64,000 nucleotides of DNA from Monocercomonoides exilis PA203 (Eukaryota > Protista > Preaxostyla). The position numbers were made by a program, and so were the translations under genes. Below the pieces are notes generated by a model. It searched no databases. It was not told the DNA's origin and saw nothing but the letters and a program-made list of their open reading frames with translations. The stretch covers positions 248,001 through 312,000 of the forward strand of contig LSRY02000038.1 of NCBI GenBank assembly GCA_001643675.2. The letters are read 5' to 3'. Position 1 is the stretch's first letter, and every line of letters starts with the position of its first letter. Positions 1-11,723 of the stretch are shown here, one piece after another.

Positions 1-103
1 GATGAATTGAATCGTGTTATTAAAATAGAAAAATTCATCAAAAGTCAGTTTTCAAGAATAAAAATTATTTATTTCTTCATAAATACAACACATTTGTTAA
101 AAA

Positions 104-385
104 TATGTGGGGGAAAATACGGACTTTCAAGCTTTTTTTGCTCAAGGCATTGAAAAATTGCTTCACTCATAACTTTGTTTCGCTTTCTCAGATTTCAGAA
201 TAGATTTAATTTTCATATGCGTAAACAGGCATCGTAGAAATCAAAACATAAAGTTTTCCAATATTTCACGAATGTCAAAAAAATGACCCATTTTTTTTTT
301 GAGTTTTTTGATCTCAAAATATCAGTGAAAAGTGTTCAAATTTTCAATGAAAATGCATCAAGTGAAATATTTTGCTCCATTTCTT
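104..385 (+). repeat. ~280-bp dispersed element, diverged inverted copy of the insert at 2491-2763
   Basis: By-eye reverse-complement match, e.g. 'gctttttttgctcaaggcattgaaaaattg' and 'cactcataactttgtttcgctttctca'. Ends GTGGGGGAAAAT ... ATTTTGCTCCAT. Confidence 0.75.
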
Positions 386-1619
386 GATGTGTTGCATATC
401 GATGCGTAACAGTGAAAATTATTATAAATAAAATTATGATTCTTGTCGAGAAATATATAGGTGATTATTTTTGAAATAATATATTTTTTCGGGGTGTGAA
501 TAATTTTCTTATTCACAGTTGTTTTTAAAAAAAAAATTCAAAAAAGCGTTTTATTCTTTCAAGTTGTTGTCATTCAAATGCATATTGTCATAGTAAGACA
601 GTGAAATTCATATATGATTTTAGAAAAAATATTTGGTTGATTTCTTCATATTTGCGACAAATTGATAATTCGAAAATTTTGATAGAAAAAATATGAAATA
701 AAAAAAAATTTCCCATATGTATTCTAACAATAGGGTTATATTTTTTATTGGTTCCCCGTTTTTTATAAGATCCTAAATTTTTTTTCTTATATTGCTTCAA
801 ATAAAAGCTTTCATTTGATAAGAATAGTTTTAAAACAAAAAACATTTTATAATAAGGTTGTATGCTAAATATTTTGGAAAATTATTTCTTTAAAAGAAAG
901 ATCTAAATTTTTAAAGTTTTTTTTTTTTTGATCAATGTTTTGCTCATGTTTCCACGAGTTTTTGAAACCGAGTGTTTTCCTTGTTTGTATTGTTTTTATA
1001 CATTTCTTTTTAACATTTTTGGTTATTTTTTAACTTGAGAAATCCTTTTTTTTTCAACAGTTTTAACATCTCACCTTTTTTTTTCAAACGATAATATCAA
1101 CAAAAGAAATAATAATTTGCAAAATTGATAATGTTCGAATTTTATTATATTTTGCGTAATACCATAAGTGCTTAACCCTCACTCACAAATTGAATTAAAA
1201 GTTCATATTTTGTTTGATGGTCACTATTCATTTCTGATCGTTGAGCTTTAAAAAAAATGGGACAAGAACATCATTAAATGGATAAGTTTTATTGTTTGGT
1301 ATTTGAGAAAAAAAGGTTTCGAAGTTCATTTTTTAAACTTTTTCAACTACATCAATTTCCTGCATAACAAGAATAATAATTTTAAAGAAAGTTCCTTTCT
1401 CGTTCTTCTTTATCAATTATCACTTTCAGCAGTTGCAAACTTTTCCGTGAGAAAAAAACAAACAAACTACGATGACAACGAAGTTTCAAACTTTTCGCGA
1501 AATTCATTTTCTTTTTTGCTGAAAGATGGTGAGACTGCTGTTTGAATTGCATTTTCCTTTTCCAATTTTCTTCTTTCATCAATGTGGCTTTCTCCACTTG
1601 TATCATTGTTGATAATTTT

Positions 1620-3622
1620 TCAGATTATCTTTTTCTTTTTCTGTTTAATTTCTCTTTTATCTTCATCTGAAGAAGAGCTTAACAAAAGAATGAAGAATTC
1701 TTTTCGAGAATGCCTTGTTTTCAAAGTTGAAGAAGTCGAAGAAACATTTGATTTATCAATTTCTTTTAATTTCGATCGAAGAAATGCAAGATGCTTTTCA
1801 GCATCTTCAAGTTGTTTTTTCAAATCAAGGCTGTCCAAATCTTCAATAATAGTTGTTGAATGCAATTTGTGATCATCTTTCATATCGAGTTGGTTTTCTC
1901 CGTCTGGTGAAGTTGATTTTTCTGTGTTTGTTTTTTCTGTAGAGTTATAAACTGATGTATTCTATGAAACTGGGATTCTTTGCATTTTTATTGAAGAATA
2001 GTACCCGAAATATTCTTCGTGCCAATCTTGAGACGAAGAAGGAAGATGTACTTTCAATGGAGAGGCTTCAACAAGTGCTCCTTATGCACGAGAGAGCACA
2101 GGGGCTGCAGCAACAGGCCAGACTCCTGTCTTTATAAATGCTGCCTTCTCTGTTGATGAAACACAAGCAGCAGCCAAGGCTTCGGGGGGAATTTCTGCAA
2201 GTTGGGATCGATAAGAAGGGAGAGAAAATGGAGATGGAATAACAAATTTGTCACTCAAAGTGGATTTTTGTCGAGAAAAAACACATGAGCCACGCGGCTG
2301 AAGCGAATGCTTCATATTTTGTTGGAATTTTTTCTGAATGATGTAACTTTTTTTTTGCTGCTTCAATAACAGTTTCGTCACTGTGAGTTGAATGATCATC
2401 CATTAATAAAAGTGCACGATGAGAACTTGCAAGTTTCACTTTCTTTACGATTAATGGAATTCAGTTATTAATCATGATGTTCTAGAAAAAATGGGTCAAA
2501 ATATATCACTTCAAGCATTTTCGTTGAAAAATAATGCACTTTTCATTGACTTTTGAAAATCAAAGAACACAATAAAAATGGGTCCATTTTTTGACATTCA
2601 TGAAATGTTGGAATACTTAATGTTTTGATTTCAATGATGTTTGTTTATTGATATGAGAATCAAATTAATTTTGAAATTTGAGAAAGCGAAACAAAGTTAT
2701 GAGTGAAACAATTTTTCAATGCCTTGAGCAAAAAAAGCCTCGAAAGACAGAATTTTCCCCCATACCCTTTATGATCCACTCGGAAGATGAAAAAATATTT
2801 CTGATATCAAACGAAAAAACAGTACGAAACTCTTTCGGGAGGGTTTTCTTTCTCCAAAGAAGAAATCGTTGCAATGAAGATCCGTCGGTACAGATGCAAA
2901 AGCATTTTTGAAACATTCGGGACTTTCGGAGCGACTGAAACTTGTGGAGGAGTTTATCCTTAAAGGCAAACAACCAGTTTGTTCGATGATTCCTCACATG
3001 AGATTGACGATTCATTAAAATTGAAAGTATTCGAAGCTGTGATATTGTATTCCGTATCAGTGCTCAATAATTCCGAAAACCATCATCTGATATTTTCTGG
3101 TGACTGCGCTGATATTTTTGCAACATCCGAATGCCTTGCGATAGCAGCCTTCAATATATCACTTCGTTGAATTAATTTGAACGCATATTTTTTGTTGATT
3201 GTTTTGAATTCTTTCTTTGGTTTTGATGATTTTTCTATTAGATCCACACACTAAGCAACATAGAAATATCACAAAAACAAATTAATAAATATTGGAAACC
3301 ATGTTTTGCACATCACGAATTTAAACCATTGTCTGATTTGCTGAAAGTACTAGCACCCGGTTCTCAATTTCTTCCAATTGGTCTTTCGTAATTGCCTGAG
3401 GGTGCCCATTCCTTCCAGCCTCTCTGCCAGCTCTTACCGCTCTTATCCATCTTTTCCATGCAACCTTTGATATAACTTTTGCTTTCATTGCAGTTACGCA
3501 TTTTTCTTTGAAATTTTGTCGAATCGCAATAGCATTTTCGATGGGGATTTTATTGCGCGATATTCCTTGGTTGCAAGAACTATGTGCAACTGAGTTGATG
3601 ATAATTCAGGTTTTTCAGTCAT
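1620..3622 (-). pseudogene. pogo/CENP-B-like DDE transposase pseudogene
   Basis: Minus-strand fragments in the expected order: GRNGHPQAITKDQLEEIE; NITASNTFNFNES (NxDE motif, D to N); CICTDGS...SSSEWI; ALLLMDDHSTH; HSLQPRG (LQPLD, D to G). Multiple stops and frameshifts. The 3' limit is uncertain. Confidence 0.8.
2491..2763 (-). mobile_element. ~275-bp insertion in the pogo transposase with short imperfect TIRs
   Basis: Separates 'EWIIKG' from 'IF...NN*IP...ALLLMD'. Ends ATGGGGGAAAAT and ATTTTGACCCAT. A second copy lies at 104-385 without transposase flanks. Confidence 0.6.
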
Positions 3623-4022
3623 CTTTATTGGGTGTGATCAAGGATATCAATATTTCTTTTATTGTCATTTTGAATCAAAGATAACGTTTTCAAATTTCGT
3701 TGTCTGATATACAAATAAAATAATATTGAACTGTTTTATTATTTTCACTTGCTCTGAAAAGTTGCGATTAATATAGATTTTTTAATTAAAGAAGAAACTA
3801 GCTTAATTTTGAAAGAACAAAAATTGACGTTAACTGAGCAAAAGCTAAACTTGGATTATTGTCATAATAATTGGCTGTTTTTCAAATAGCTTTCAATATG
3901 TTTGTGGAGAATTGTGTTATGAAAGCTCATTCAAATATTTATAGGGAGCGGGTTTGGCCCCAGGGGAGCGGGTTAAGCACCCATGGTATTATATGGCATA
4001 GCCTTCATTAATAATTTTTTGT

Positions 4023-4027
4023 ACACA

Positions 4028-4085
<58 letters not shown>
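4023..4085 (+). repeat. (AC)n followed by ~45-nt poly-A
   Basis: Directly visible. Confidence 0.95.
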
Positions 4086-4086
<1 letters not shown>

Positions 4087-4764
4087 GGGAAAAACTAAAT
4101 ACAAAAATTTTCTTTTTTTGACTGATAAACTTTTTAATGTTATTTCTCACTTCTTTTATTATTTGAAACACAAATTCATTTATTTCACACGAATAATAAT
4201 TTCATTAAATAACCACATGTTCGATCCACATTTCAGTTTCAGGAAAAAAAGGTGAGATGTTAAAACTGTTGAAAAAAAAAAGGATTTCTCAAGTTAAAAA
4301 ATAACCAAAAATGTTAAAAAGAAATGTATAAAAACAATACAAACAAGGAAAACACTCGGTTTCAAAAACTCGTGGAAACATGAGCAAAACATTGATCAAA
4401 AAAAAAAAAACTTTAAAAATTTAGATCTTTCTTTTAAAGAAATAATTTTCCAAAATATTTAGCATACAACCTTATTATAAAATGTTTTTTGTTTTAAAAC
4501 TATTCTTATCAAATGAAAGCTTTTATTTGAAGCAATATAAGAAAAAAAATTTAGGATCTTATAAAAAACGGGGAACCAATAAAAAATATAACACTAAATC
4601 CGTGTTTTCGAAAAATTCCCGTTTTTCTGAACGATGATATTTTTTATTTAAAAAAAAGGAAATAAATACAAAAATTCTTCAATCAATTTTTTTTGTAATG
4701 TTACGAAATGATGAAAATTGAAAATATAGTTTTTGAGAAATAAAAATAAATGCGTCTCATTTTC

Positions 4765-6214
4765 TCAAATATTCACAAAATAATCGGTAATATTCAACGG
4801 CAAAGCTTTATAATATATTCCATTAATGAAGTCAATTATTTCTTGAAAACAAACAACAATATCTTCATATCCTTCTTCCTCCATCTTTTCGAATATCTTT
4901 CTTTTGATTGCCTTTCTTTTCTCTTCTTCCTTTTCATCTTTCACCTTTTCTTTCAATCGACTCGAAACATACATAAAGAAATGCAAGCTTTCGCATGCAA
5001 AATCGTCATCCAACGTTAACTGATAAATCTCTTCCAAAACAGCTTCCACAGCTCCTCCTTTCAACAAGTCTTCAACTTTCACAACTCTCCTTTCTGCTGC
5101 ATTTCTCAAGGAATAAATGCACCAGTTGCAAATTCTCCTGTGATTATCCTTTGCTGCTCGATATATCTGAACAATACTGTTGATGAGCTCGACAAATTCT
5201 TCATTCTGCAATGAACAATAGCGAAAATAAATCGAGATTGTTTCAATCCATTTTCTCAAAATAACCTCTTCTTTCGTTTCTTCTTTGTTCATTTCCTCTC
5301 CTCCTTTTTTCTTCCAGTCAATGCACCTTGTGAGCTCTTCCAATTCTCTTGATGCTTCTCTTCCAAAATGCAGTTCATTCACAATCATATCTTCCAAATT
5401 TCTATCTTTGGTAAATCTTTTAATTAAAAACTCCCAAGCAGACTGATAGGCAAGTTTTGTAAGATTTCTGTGTTTCTGCTGATGTTTGATGATTTCTGTA
5501 ATTTTCTTCAAATATGCTTCTTTTTCAATTTCCTATTGAACGCATTTAAATGGGAAAGAAATCATTAAATAAACAAAAACGAAGCGGCTTCAAACAGTAT
5601 AAAAGCTAATGTTGCTCAACGCCAGCAATGCCATTTCCACTTCTTTTTGTGCTTCTTCGCTTTCCTCCTTGTTCATCGCAACTTTAAGAACGCAAGGCAT
5701 ACATATCATAATCAACTTCGAAGAAGTCCACCTGATTAATAAAAGATAGCATTCGCAAAGATCAATCATCAGCTTTTCATTCTTTTCTTCTTTTTTCTGT
5801 TCTTCTTCAACAATCATCTGCTCGAATCTTATGCACAACGACGAATCCACAAAACCGTAAATCCAAAAACTTTTTGATGTTTTGTTATATCCAATATGCT
5901 TTACCAATAAAAGTGCATTTTCCATTGATATTTTCTTTTCTTCAATCATTTTGTATATTTTATCATACAATTCTTCGTTGAAAACTAATTCGAATTCTTC
6001 TTTATTAATTTCCTCCACAAGTTCGTTCATTTCTTCTATTTTCTTTCTCTGCTCGCTTTCCGGGCAATGCTCCAGTTCAGAAAACAATTCTTCAATATAT
6101 TTATTTATGATGAAATGCGCTGAACACTCAAAAATAGAAAATGAACAAACTTGAAAACTTATCTGCAAGAGACGGCTCCTGAACATCATCATTGGATTTG
6201 CCTTCATCGCACAT
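4765..6214 (-). CDS. Orphan helical family protein, copy 1 (exons 6214-6151, 6089-5596, 5532-4765)
   Basis: GT-AG introns of 61 and 63 nt join MCDEGKS...[13 protein letters not shown] and SNISFYT/EIEKEAYL in frame. Motifs [33 protein letters not shown]. Confidence 0.85.
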
Positions 6215-6329
6215 TTCTATTCTGTCTATTTTATGCAAAGACAAAATTTGCCGCAAAATTTCAAATGAAAAACAGAAAAACAAACAGAAAAACAAACATT
6301 GTTGATAATTGACAAAACTAAAATATAAT

Positions 6330-7400
6330 TATCAAACTCAATTCCTTTGATTAGTAAAAATCTGTGTTAAAAAAGAAATCACGAAGAAGCCAACGAAATG
6401 GGCTAAATTGAGTCAAATACGAAAGAGTAAAATTTCTGTTTGATCGAACCAACAATAATTCATTTCATGGAAATGGATTGAACATCTATGAATTGATGAC
6501 ATATTGAAAAATATCCCACATGTCTGGAATTGAGTATTAAAAAAAATATCTATTTCAACATTCTGAGTGGAACAATGAAGGGGAAATTTATTATTTAAAG
6601 AACAAAACAAAGAGGATACAAAAAAGCAACAATTTGCACATTAAACTGTGCATTTAAACATTGTTGCAGATTAAAATTCAAACATAAATATTTCACTTAT
6701 TTCCCTCACATTTAGAGTTATCTGGAAGCTTTCCTTGTCAGAAATGATTTTTTCTGTTATTTCAGAGTGTTTCCTTGTTTCCGTGAATGTTTCAAATTTG
6801 AAGTGTTGAGAAAAGTTTTGAGATATCAGGATAATTCTGTTATTTGTTCGTGACTTGAGTGGGCCATCCAGGCTGAAGGAAGATTGATGGAAGGGAATCA
6901 AGCTTTCATTAATTCACATTTTTTATGAAACAAGTTCGTGCGATTGCTGGATACATTAGGAACTGTATCAACGCAACAATGGACAGCATTGATAATTGAG
7001 CATTGAAAAAGATTCTTTTTTTTACAAAAGGCTTTGAATCTGTGTGAAGATGAAAAAATATGAGATGGAGAAGGAAGAATAATGCGATATTGAATTTTAA
7101 TTTCAATTATTTTTTAAGTTCATTTCAACGCATTGATCGTTCAATGGTGATTGCCACTTGAAGTGCATTTTTCCGTAAAGACGCTTGCAACGTTTTTTGG
7201 AAAATTCATTATTTGGGGTTGTTTTGATTGTTTTTGATTCTCAAATGTCAGCCTTGATTCCATTGCAGACATAGAAACGATTCAAGCGATGCAGGAATGA
7301 GTTTTCCAAGACAGGCCAGACAACAGCTGAAGTGTGTGATCAGAATATAGTGAGTTATCCAGTTTCATGTCACGTTTTTGTTATTTTAGGTTTCAAAAAC
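6330..7400. repeat. Upstream module U, direct paralog of ~20725-21960
   Basis: Shared blocks such as 'gtgttaaaaaagaaatcac.aagaagccaacg', 'gaagga..attgatgga.gggaatcaa' and 'gaagatgaaaaaat...gagaaggaagaataatgc'. Confidence 0.8.
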
Positions 7401-7494
7401 AAACGAAAGAAAAAGAAAAAAAGAAAGAATGAAAGAAGATAAAAGAAAAGAAAGAAAGAAAAGAAAAATTAAATAAAATTAAAATTTTCTCTTC

Positions 7495-7830
7495 AAAGCC
7501 AACACACCATCAACCAATCTCTTCCAATCTTCAGGCAACAAAAAGGGCATTCCATCTTTTGTCATTCTCTTCTGCCAAAACAAAAAGAAGATAGCATCTT
7601 CATTGGACTTGTTGTGAATATAGCGATGATAGAAGAGAAGAATCTGGTGGGTGGATAAAGAAGAAAATGAGGGAGAAAATGAGGGAGAAGAGGAGGAGGA
7701 GGAGGAGGAAGAAGAAGAATTTAATGAAGAAGAAGAAGAGGAGGAGAAGGATGAACGAAAGGAGCGAGAGAAAATGGAGGAGAAGGAAGAGAATAATGAA
7801 AAGAAGAATTTTCACCAAAGATAAATGATA
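7495..7830 (-). pseudogene. Duplicated fragment of the PP2A B'' gene (end of exon 2 plus splice donor)
   Basis: 7495-7660 is a close reverse complement of ~14695-14860 (THQxLLFYHRYIHNKSNED...FWQKRMTKDGMPFL.PEDWKRLV). Confidence 0.85.
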
Positions 7831-7989
7831 TGGGGCTGCCGAGGAAAAAAGGGGTGTTCATCTTTCTGTGCTTCAGGGACATGGCTCTTTGGCCTGCGTG
7901 ATTGGAAGGCATCAAATGTCAACGAGATTGCTGATGAGGAAAATAAACCCTGATGAAAATGAAGAGAATGAGTTGGCTATGCTTCAACA

Positions 7990-9950
7990 GCGAAGAGGAG
8001 GAATGATTGAAAAAGTTGGCATTCATTCATCGATGCTCACGATGCAGATGACAATGCTTCTGAAATGCATTCTCTGATGCACAATGCACAAAATATAATG
8101 GACCATGCACCGACATAGAAGCTGAGTGAAACAACAATTTTGTTGAAAAACACATGATGAAAACAAAAACCATCGAATTCTCTTTCATTGGCCATGGTGA
8201 CAAAGAAAGCAAGCTTCTAATGACAATCACCATTAGATGCTCAAAATGGCTATCCCTTCGAAGAAGAAAATCCGAAAAAGGTTTCCCAAAATAGGGTGAT
8301 TTATAAACCCGAATATTTTCATAAACCCGGTTATTTTTTTTGTTCGTTGAAACAGAATAAATACAACATAAAAATACAAAAAGCAAACTTTTATATGTTT
8401 ATTAAACTATTTTACGACAGAACAAAAAGTTTTTTGTTTCAATTTTTGTTTTTGATGAAGATCTGAGGAATTTTTAATTTATTTTCGATCATTTGTTTTG
8501 CTCGTTTTTAAGCAACTCTCTTTCTTTGTTTATTTTTAATTACAATGTCATAAAACATTCATATTGACCTTTAATAATTTCAAACATTTTTTGTTTTTAT
8601 CTATTTTTTCTAAAGTTTTTCACATATCATCATTTTTGTCAAAAAATATGAAAAAGTGAAAATTTCTGAACTTTTATTTGATATTGTGATATATACGTTA
8701 CAATTTCATGTAAATATGATAAAATTGCATTGATACTCTTCATTAAAAGTCATTTTAAATTAAATTGAAAACAAAATGAGCATTTTTATCATTTTCAAAA
8801 TTTGATTTGTACAATGAAAACAACAACATTTCACAAAATTTTAACTCGGTATTTGCTTTATACAAATCTTTTTCTTTTCATTCACATCACTTTAAAAATC
8901 TAATAAACATTGTATCGCTTAGAATTTTCATTTTTTCATATTTTTTGTCAAAAATGATGAAATGTGAAAAACATTCGAAAAAAAAGATAAAAATATAAAA
9001 TATTTCGAATAAGAAAACTTTGTTGTATTTGTTTCAAGACCGTATAGTTAAAAATAAACAAAAAAAGAGAGTTGCTTAAAAACGAGCAAAACAAATGATC
9101 GAAAATAAATTAAAAATTCCTCAGATCTTCATCAAAAACAAAAATTGAAACAAAAAACTTTTTGTTCTGTCGTAAAATAGTTTAATAAACATATAAAAGT
9201 TTGCTTTTTGTATTTTTATGTTGTATTTATTCTGTTTCAACGAACAAAAAAAATAACCGGGTTTATGAAAATATTCGGGTTTATAAATCACCCTACTGTT
9301 TGATTGTTTCAAAAATGCCAAATAATTTGATGCCTTGTTGATGGGGTCTCTAATCTGTTTTGAAACAAAAAGTGGTGAAATTTTGAATTTCATCGCTATC
9401 AATAATAGTCTGGAGAAGAAGGAGAAATGTTCAAGCCAAAAGAATTTCAATTGTTTTTTATCTGTTTATTTCATTGAATTCTTGTCTTTTTTCACAATGA
9501 AAATTCCCTTCTCGATATCCCCAATTGCTTTCTTTTCAGAAACACCACAAAATATTTCTCTGCTTTTTTCTCCAGTATTTTGAACAGTTTTGAAATTCCT
9601 TTTTTTTTCTTAATAAATTGTGGAATTTGAATAAAAACCAAAATATTCCTCAAAGAATGTGTTTCAATCTCTCGAAAAAACAAAATTTGTCAAAATCACC
9701 AAATACACTCATATTCTCCAAAGAGCTAAAAAGAACAAAATTTTCATCTTCCTTCCACGCTTATTGACACAAAAATGAAATAAGATGAACATTTGTTACC
9801 CAAAACAACATCTTGCGCTTTGAAAAGACTAAAAATGTAATTATCATCACAGAATTGAAAAGAACAAAGAAAAGAGCGAACATTCTGTTTTTCACATCCA
9901 ATGATCCAAAAAACTGTGTTCACGAAACAGTAATTTTCATTTGATTGCCT
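7990..9950 (-). pseudogene. Decayed unknown gene (module K-M), interrupted by the 8294-9293 element
   Basis: Homologous to 63015-64000 on both sides of the insertion. 8003-8190 matches 63850-64000 closely and 9460-9860 matches 63200-63580 weakly. Confidence 0.55.
8294..9293. mobile_element. 1000-bp non-autonomous long-TIR element with ~245-bp TIRs and TA flanks
   Basis: TA|GGGTGATTTATAAACCCG ... CGGGTTTATAAATCACCC|TA. 8294-8539 is almost perfectly inverted at 9049-9293. The AT-rich centre has no convincing ORF. The element is absent from the paralogous segment near 63750. Confidence 0.9.
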
Positions 9951-10287
9951 CAATCATTTTCAAACTTCAACATCACACCAAAAGTGAATTGTGCTTCTTT
10001 CAAAGAAAAATATGATAGAACTATTTATACTTGCATTTGTTCAACTCTCTTTTGTTCTGGCGTGGATTGTTGTGTTTTTTTGATAATTCCAAGATCAGTT
10101 CATCCATAATAGCATGCTCAAATAGAAAAATTATTGAATTTTATTTTTCTCGTCAAGAACGCTGATGCCCAAAAGAATATCGTGCGTGCACTTATTTTTG
10201 CGATTGCTGTGAGATTTCTTTTTTTTTTTCGGATATTTTTGTTTCTTGCGCTGATTGGCTTTTGTGCGAATGAAAAACAAATAAGGA

Positions 10288-11723
10288 TGTTTGCTGGCTG
10301 CACTGCTTTTGCGGAAGTTCTTGAGATGGATGCCTCTAAAAAATACATGGGCTTGGATATATTTTTTAATTTGAAATTTTGATAATGGTGATACTTTCAA
10401 TGATATTTCGCAGCATTGTTTTCGGTTCTGTTTCGTTGTAGTGAAGCCCTGAAAATACAAGTTCAAGATGAAATGGTCAGAATTGCTGAAGAAATGAATG
10501 ACGATGACTTGCATTCAATTTTCACGACCGAATTGTTCAACGAAATGGACAAAATGATTGAAGAGAAGAAATATTCATTAGAAAATGCATGTTTGCTGTT
10601 GATTCAAGTGAAGTTTAACTTTATGTTGAATGAGGAATTTGATGAGCGCTTTGTTCATTCTTATCTGAATAAAAGATTGGAAATGATGATTGAAGAAGAG
10701 AACAACAAAACAGAAGGAAACAACAAAAAGCAGCTTATTCTCGCTTGTGAGTGCTATTTCATGATGAATAATAATGATGATTCAAAGGGATTGTACACTA
10801 TGGGTGAGTCACACCTTCTGAGAGCAGCTTTGAATCAAGTGGAAAGCGAGGAAACTCGAACAGAAGTGGAAATGGCTTTAATGGCTCTCTGCCATGTGAG
10901 TCGAAGAATGGTTATTCTGTTAATATTTTTTTTTTAATTTTGTTTTTATCCATATTTTTGACAGAATGCCGAAAAAGAGCTTGCATTTAATGGAGTGAAA
11001 GGCATCATCAAAAATTATCAGATGCATCACAATCTGACACGGCAGGCATATCAATCTGCTTGGGAGTTTCTGATGTTCCGATTTGATGAAAGAGAAAAAT
11101 TGACAGACGCCATTGTGAATGAGCTGCATTTTGCGAGAGAAGCAGCAAGAGAAATGGAAGATCTCTTGAAATGTGCTGATTGGAAGGGAAAAATAGAGAA
11201 AAATAGAGAAAAAGGAGGGAACGCACTGCAAATTTTATTGAGCTGGCTGCAAATAATAAGCATATATTTTTGCATATTCAAACATCATTATGAAGTGCAC
11301 GCTGGGCTTATGACAAGCATTGTGGGGGTCTTTCGAGCAGCAAAGGGGAATAACAGAGAAATTGGAATGCAATGCCTTGATACTATCAATTGTGCTTTGA
11401 AATTCACAGATGCTGAACCTGATGATCTTCTGAGTGAAGGTGCTGTTGATCTTGTTTTGGAAGAGACCGCTCAATCAAATGATGGTCGACTGCTAATTCC
11501 TTGTTTGAAGTTTTTCAAATGTGTTTGCGAAAGATTGAAGAGTCAAAGAAATACAAAGAATGAGGAGGTTAAAAGAAAAAAAGCAAAAAGAAAGCTTTTT
11601 GAAAAGATGGAGGAAGAAGGGTACGAAGATTGTATCATCGGATTGCTCTATTTCATTGAGGAAGGATTGATTTGGAATTCTTTTTTTATCGAGAAGTTGG
11701 AAGATTATTTTATCTTTTTTTGA
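10288..11723 (+). CDS. Orphan helical family protein, copy 2 (3 exons; introns ~10351-10413 GC-AG and ~10911-10964)
   Basis: ORFs 10416-10937 and 10995-11723 carry EVEMALMAL, LTRQAYQSAW, NELHFAREA and KMEEEGYED. Start and first intron are inferred from paralogs. Confidence 0.8.

Larger units (their letters stand above)
1159..3989 (-). mobile_element. Decayed pogo-like (Tc1/mariner superfamily, DDE_1) DNA transposon
   Basis: 20-bp TIRs ATACCATAAGTGCTTAACCC (1159-1178) and GGGTTAAGCACCCATGGTAT (3970-3989), 18/20 match. TA at 1157-1158 and 3990-3991. Transposase remnants inside. Confidence 0.85.
733..4594. mobile_element. Non-autonomous long-TIR (foldback/MITE-like) element with ~350-bp TIRs and TA flanks, interrupted by a pogo element
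   Basis: 733-1082 is a near-identical reverse complement of ~4243-4594. Ends read TA|GGGTTATA ... TATAACAC|TA (one mismatch). About 1.03 kb once the nested pogo is removed. Confidence 0.8.

Noticed and set aside
2482-2765. Insert in pogo as a spliceable introner (GTATGG...TTTTTCTAG)
   Set aside because: Splicing at these sites gives an immediate stop and removes the expected IF residues; a short-TIR insertion fits better.
4041-4085. Poly-A as a retroposon tail
   Set aside because: It follows an (AC)n tract inside the long-TIR element, with no TSD or upstream retroposon body.
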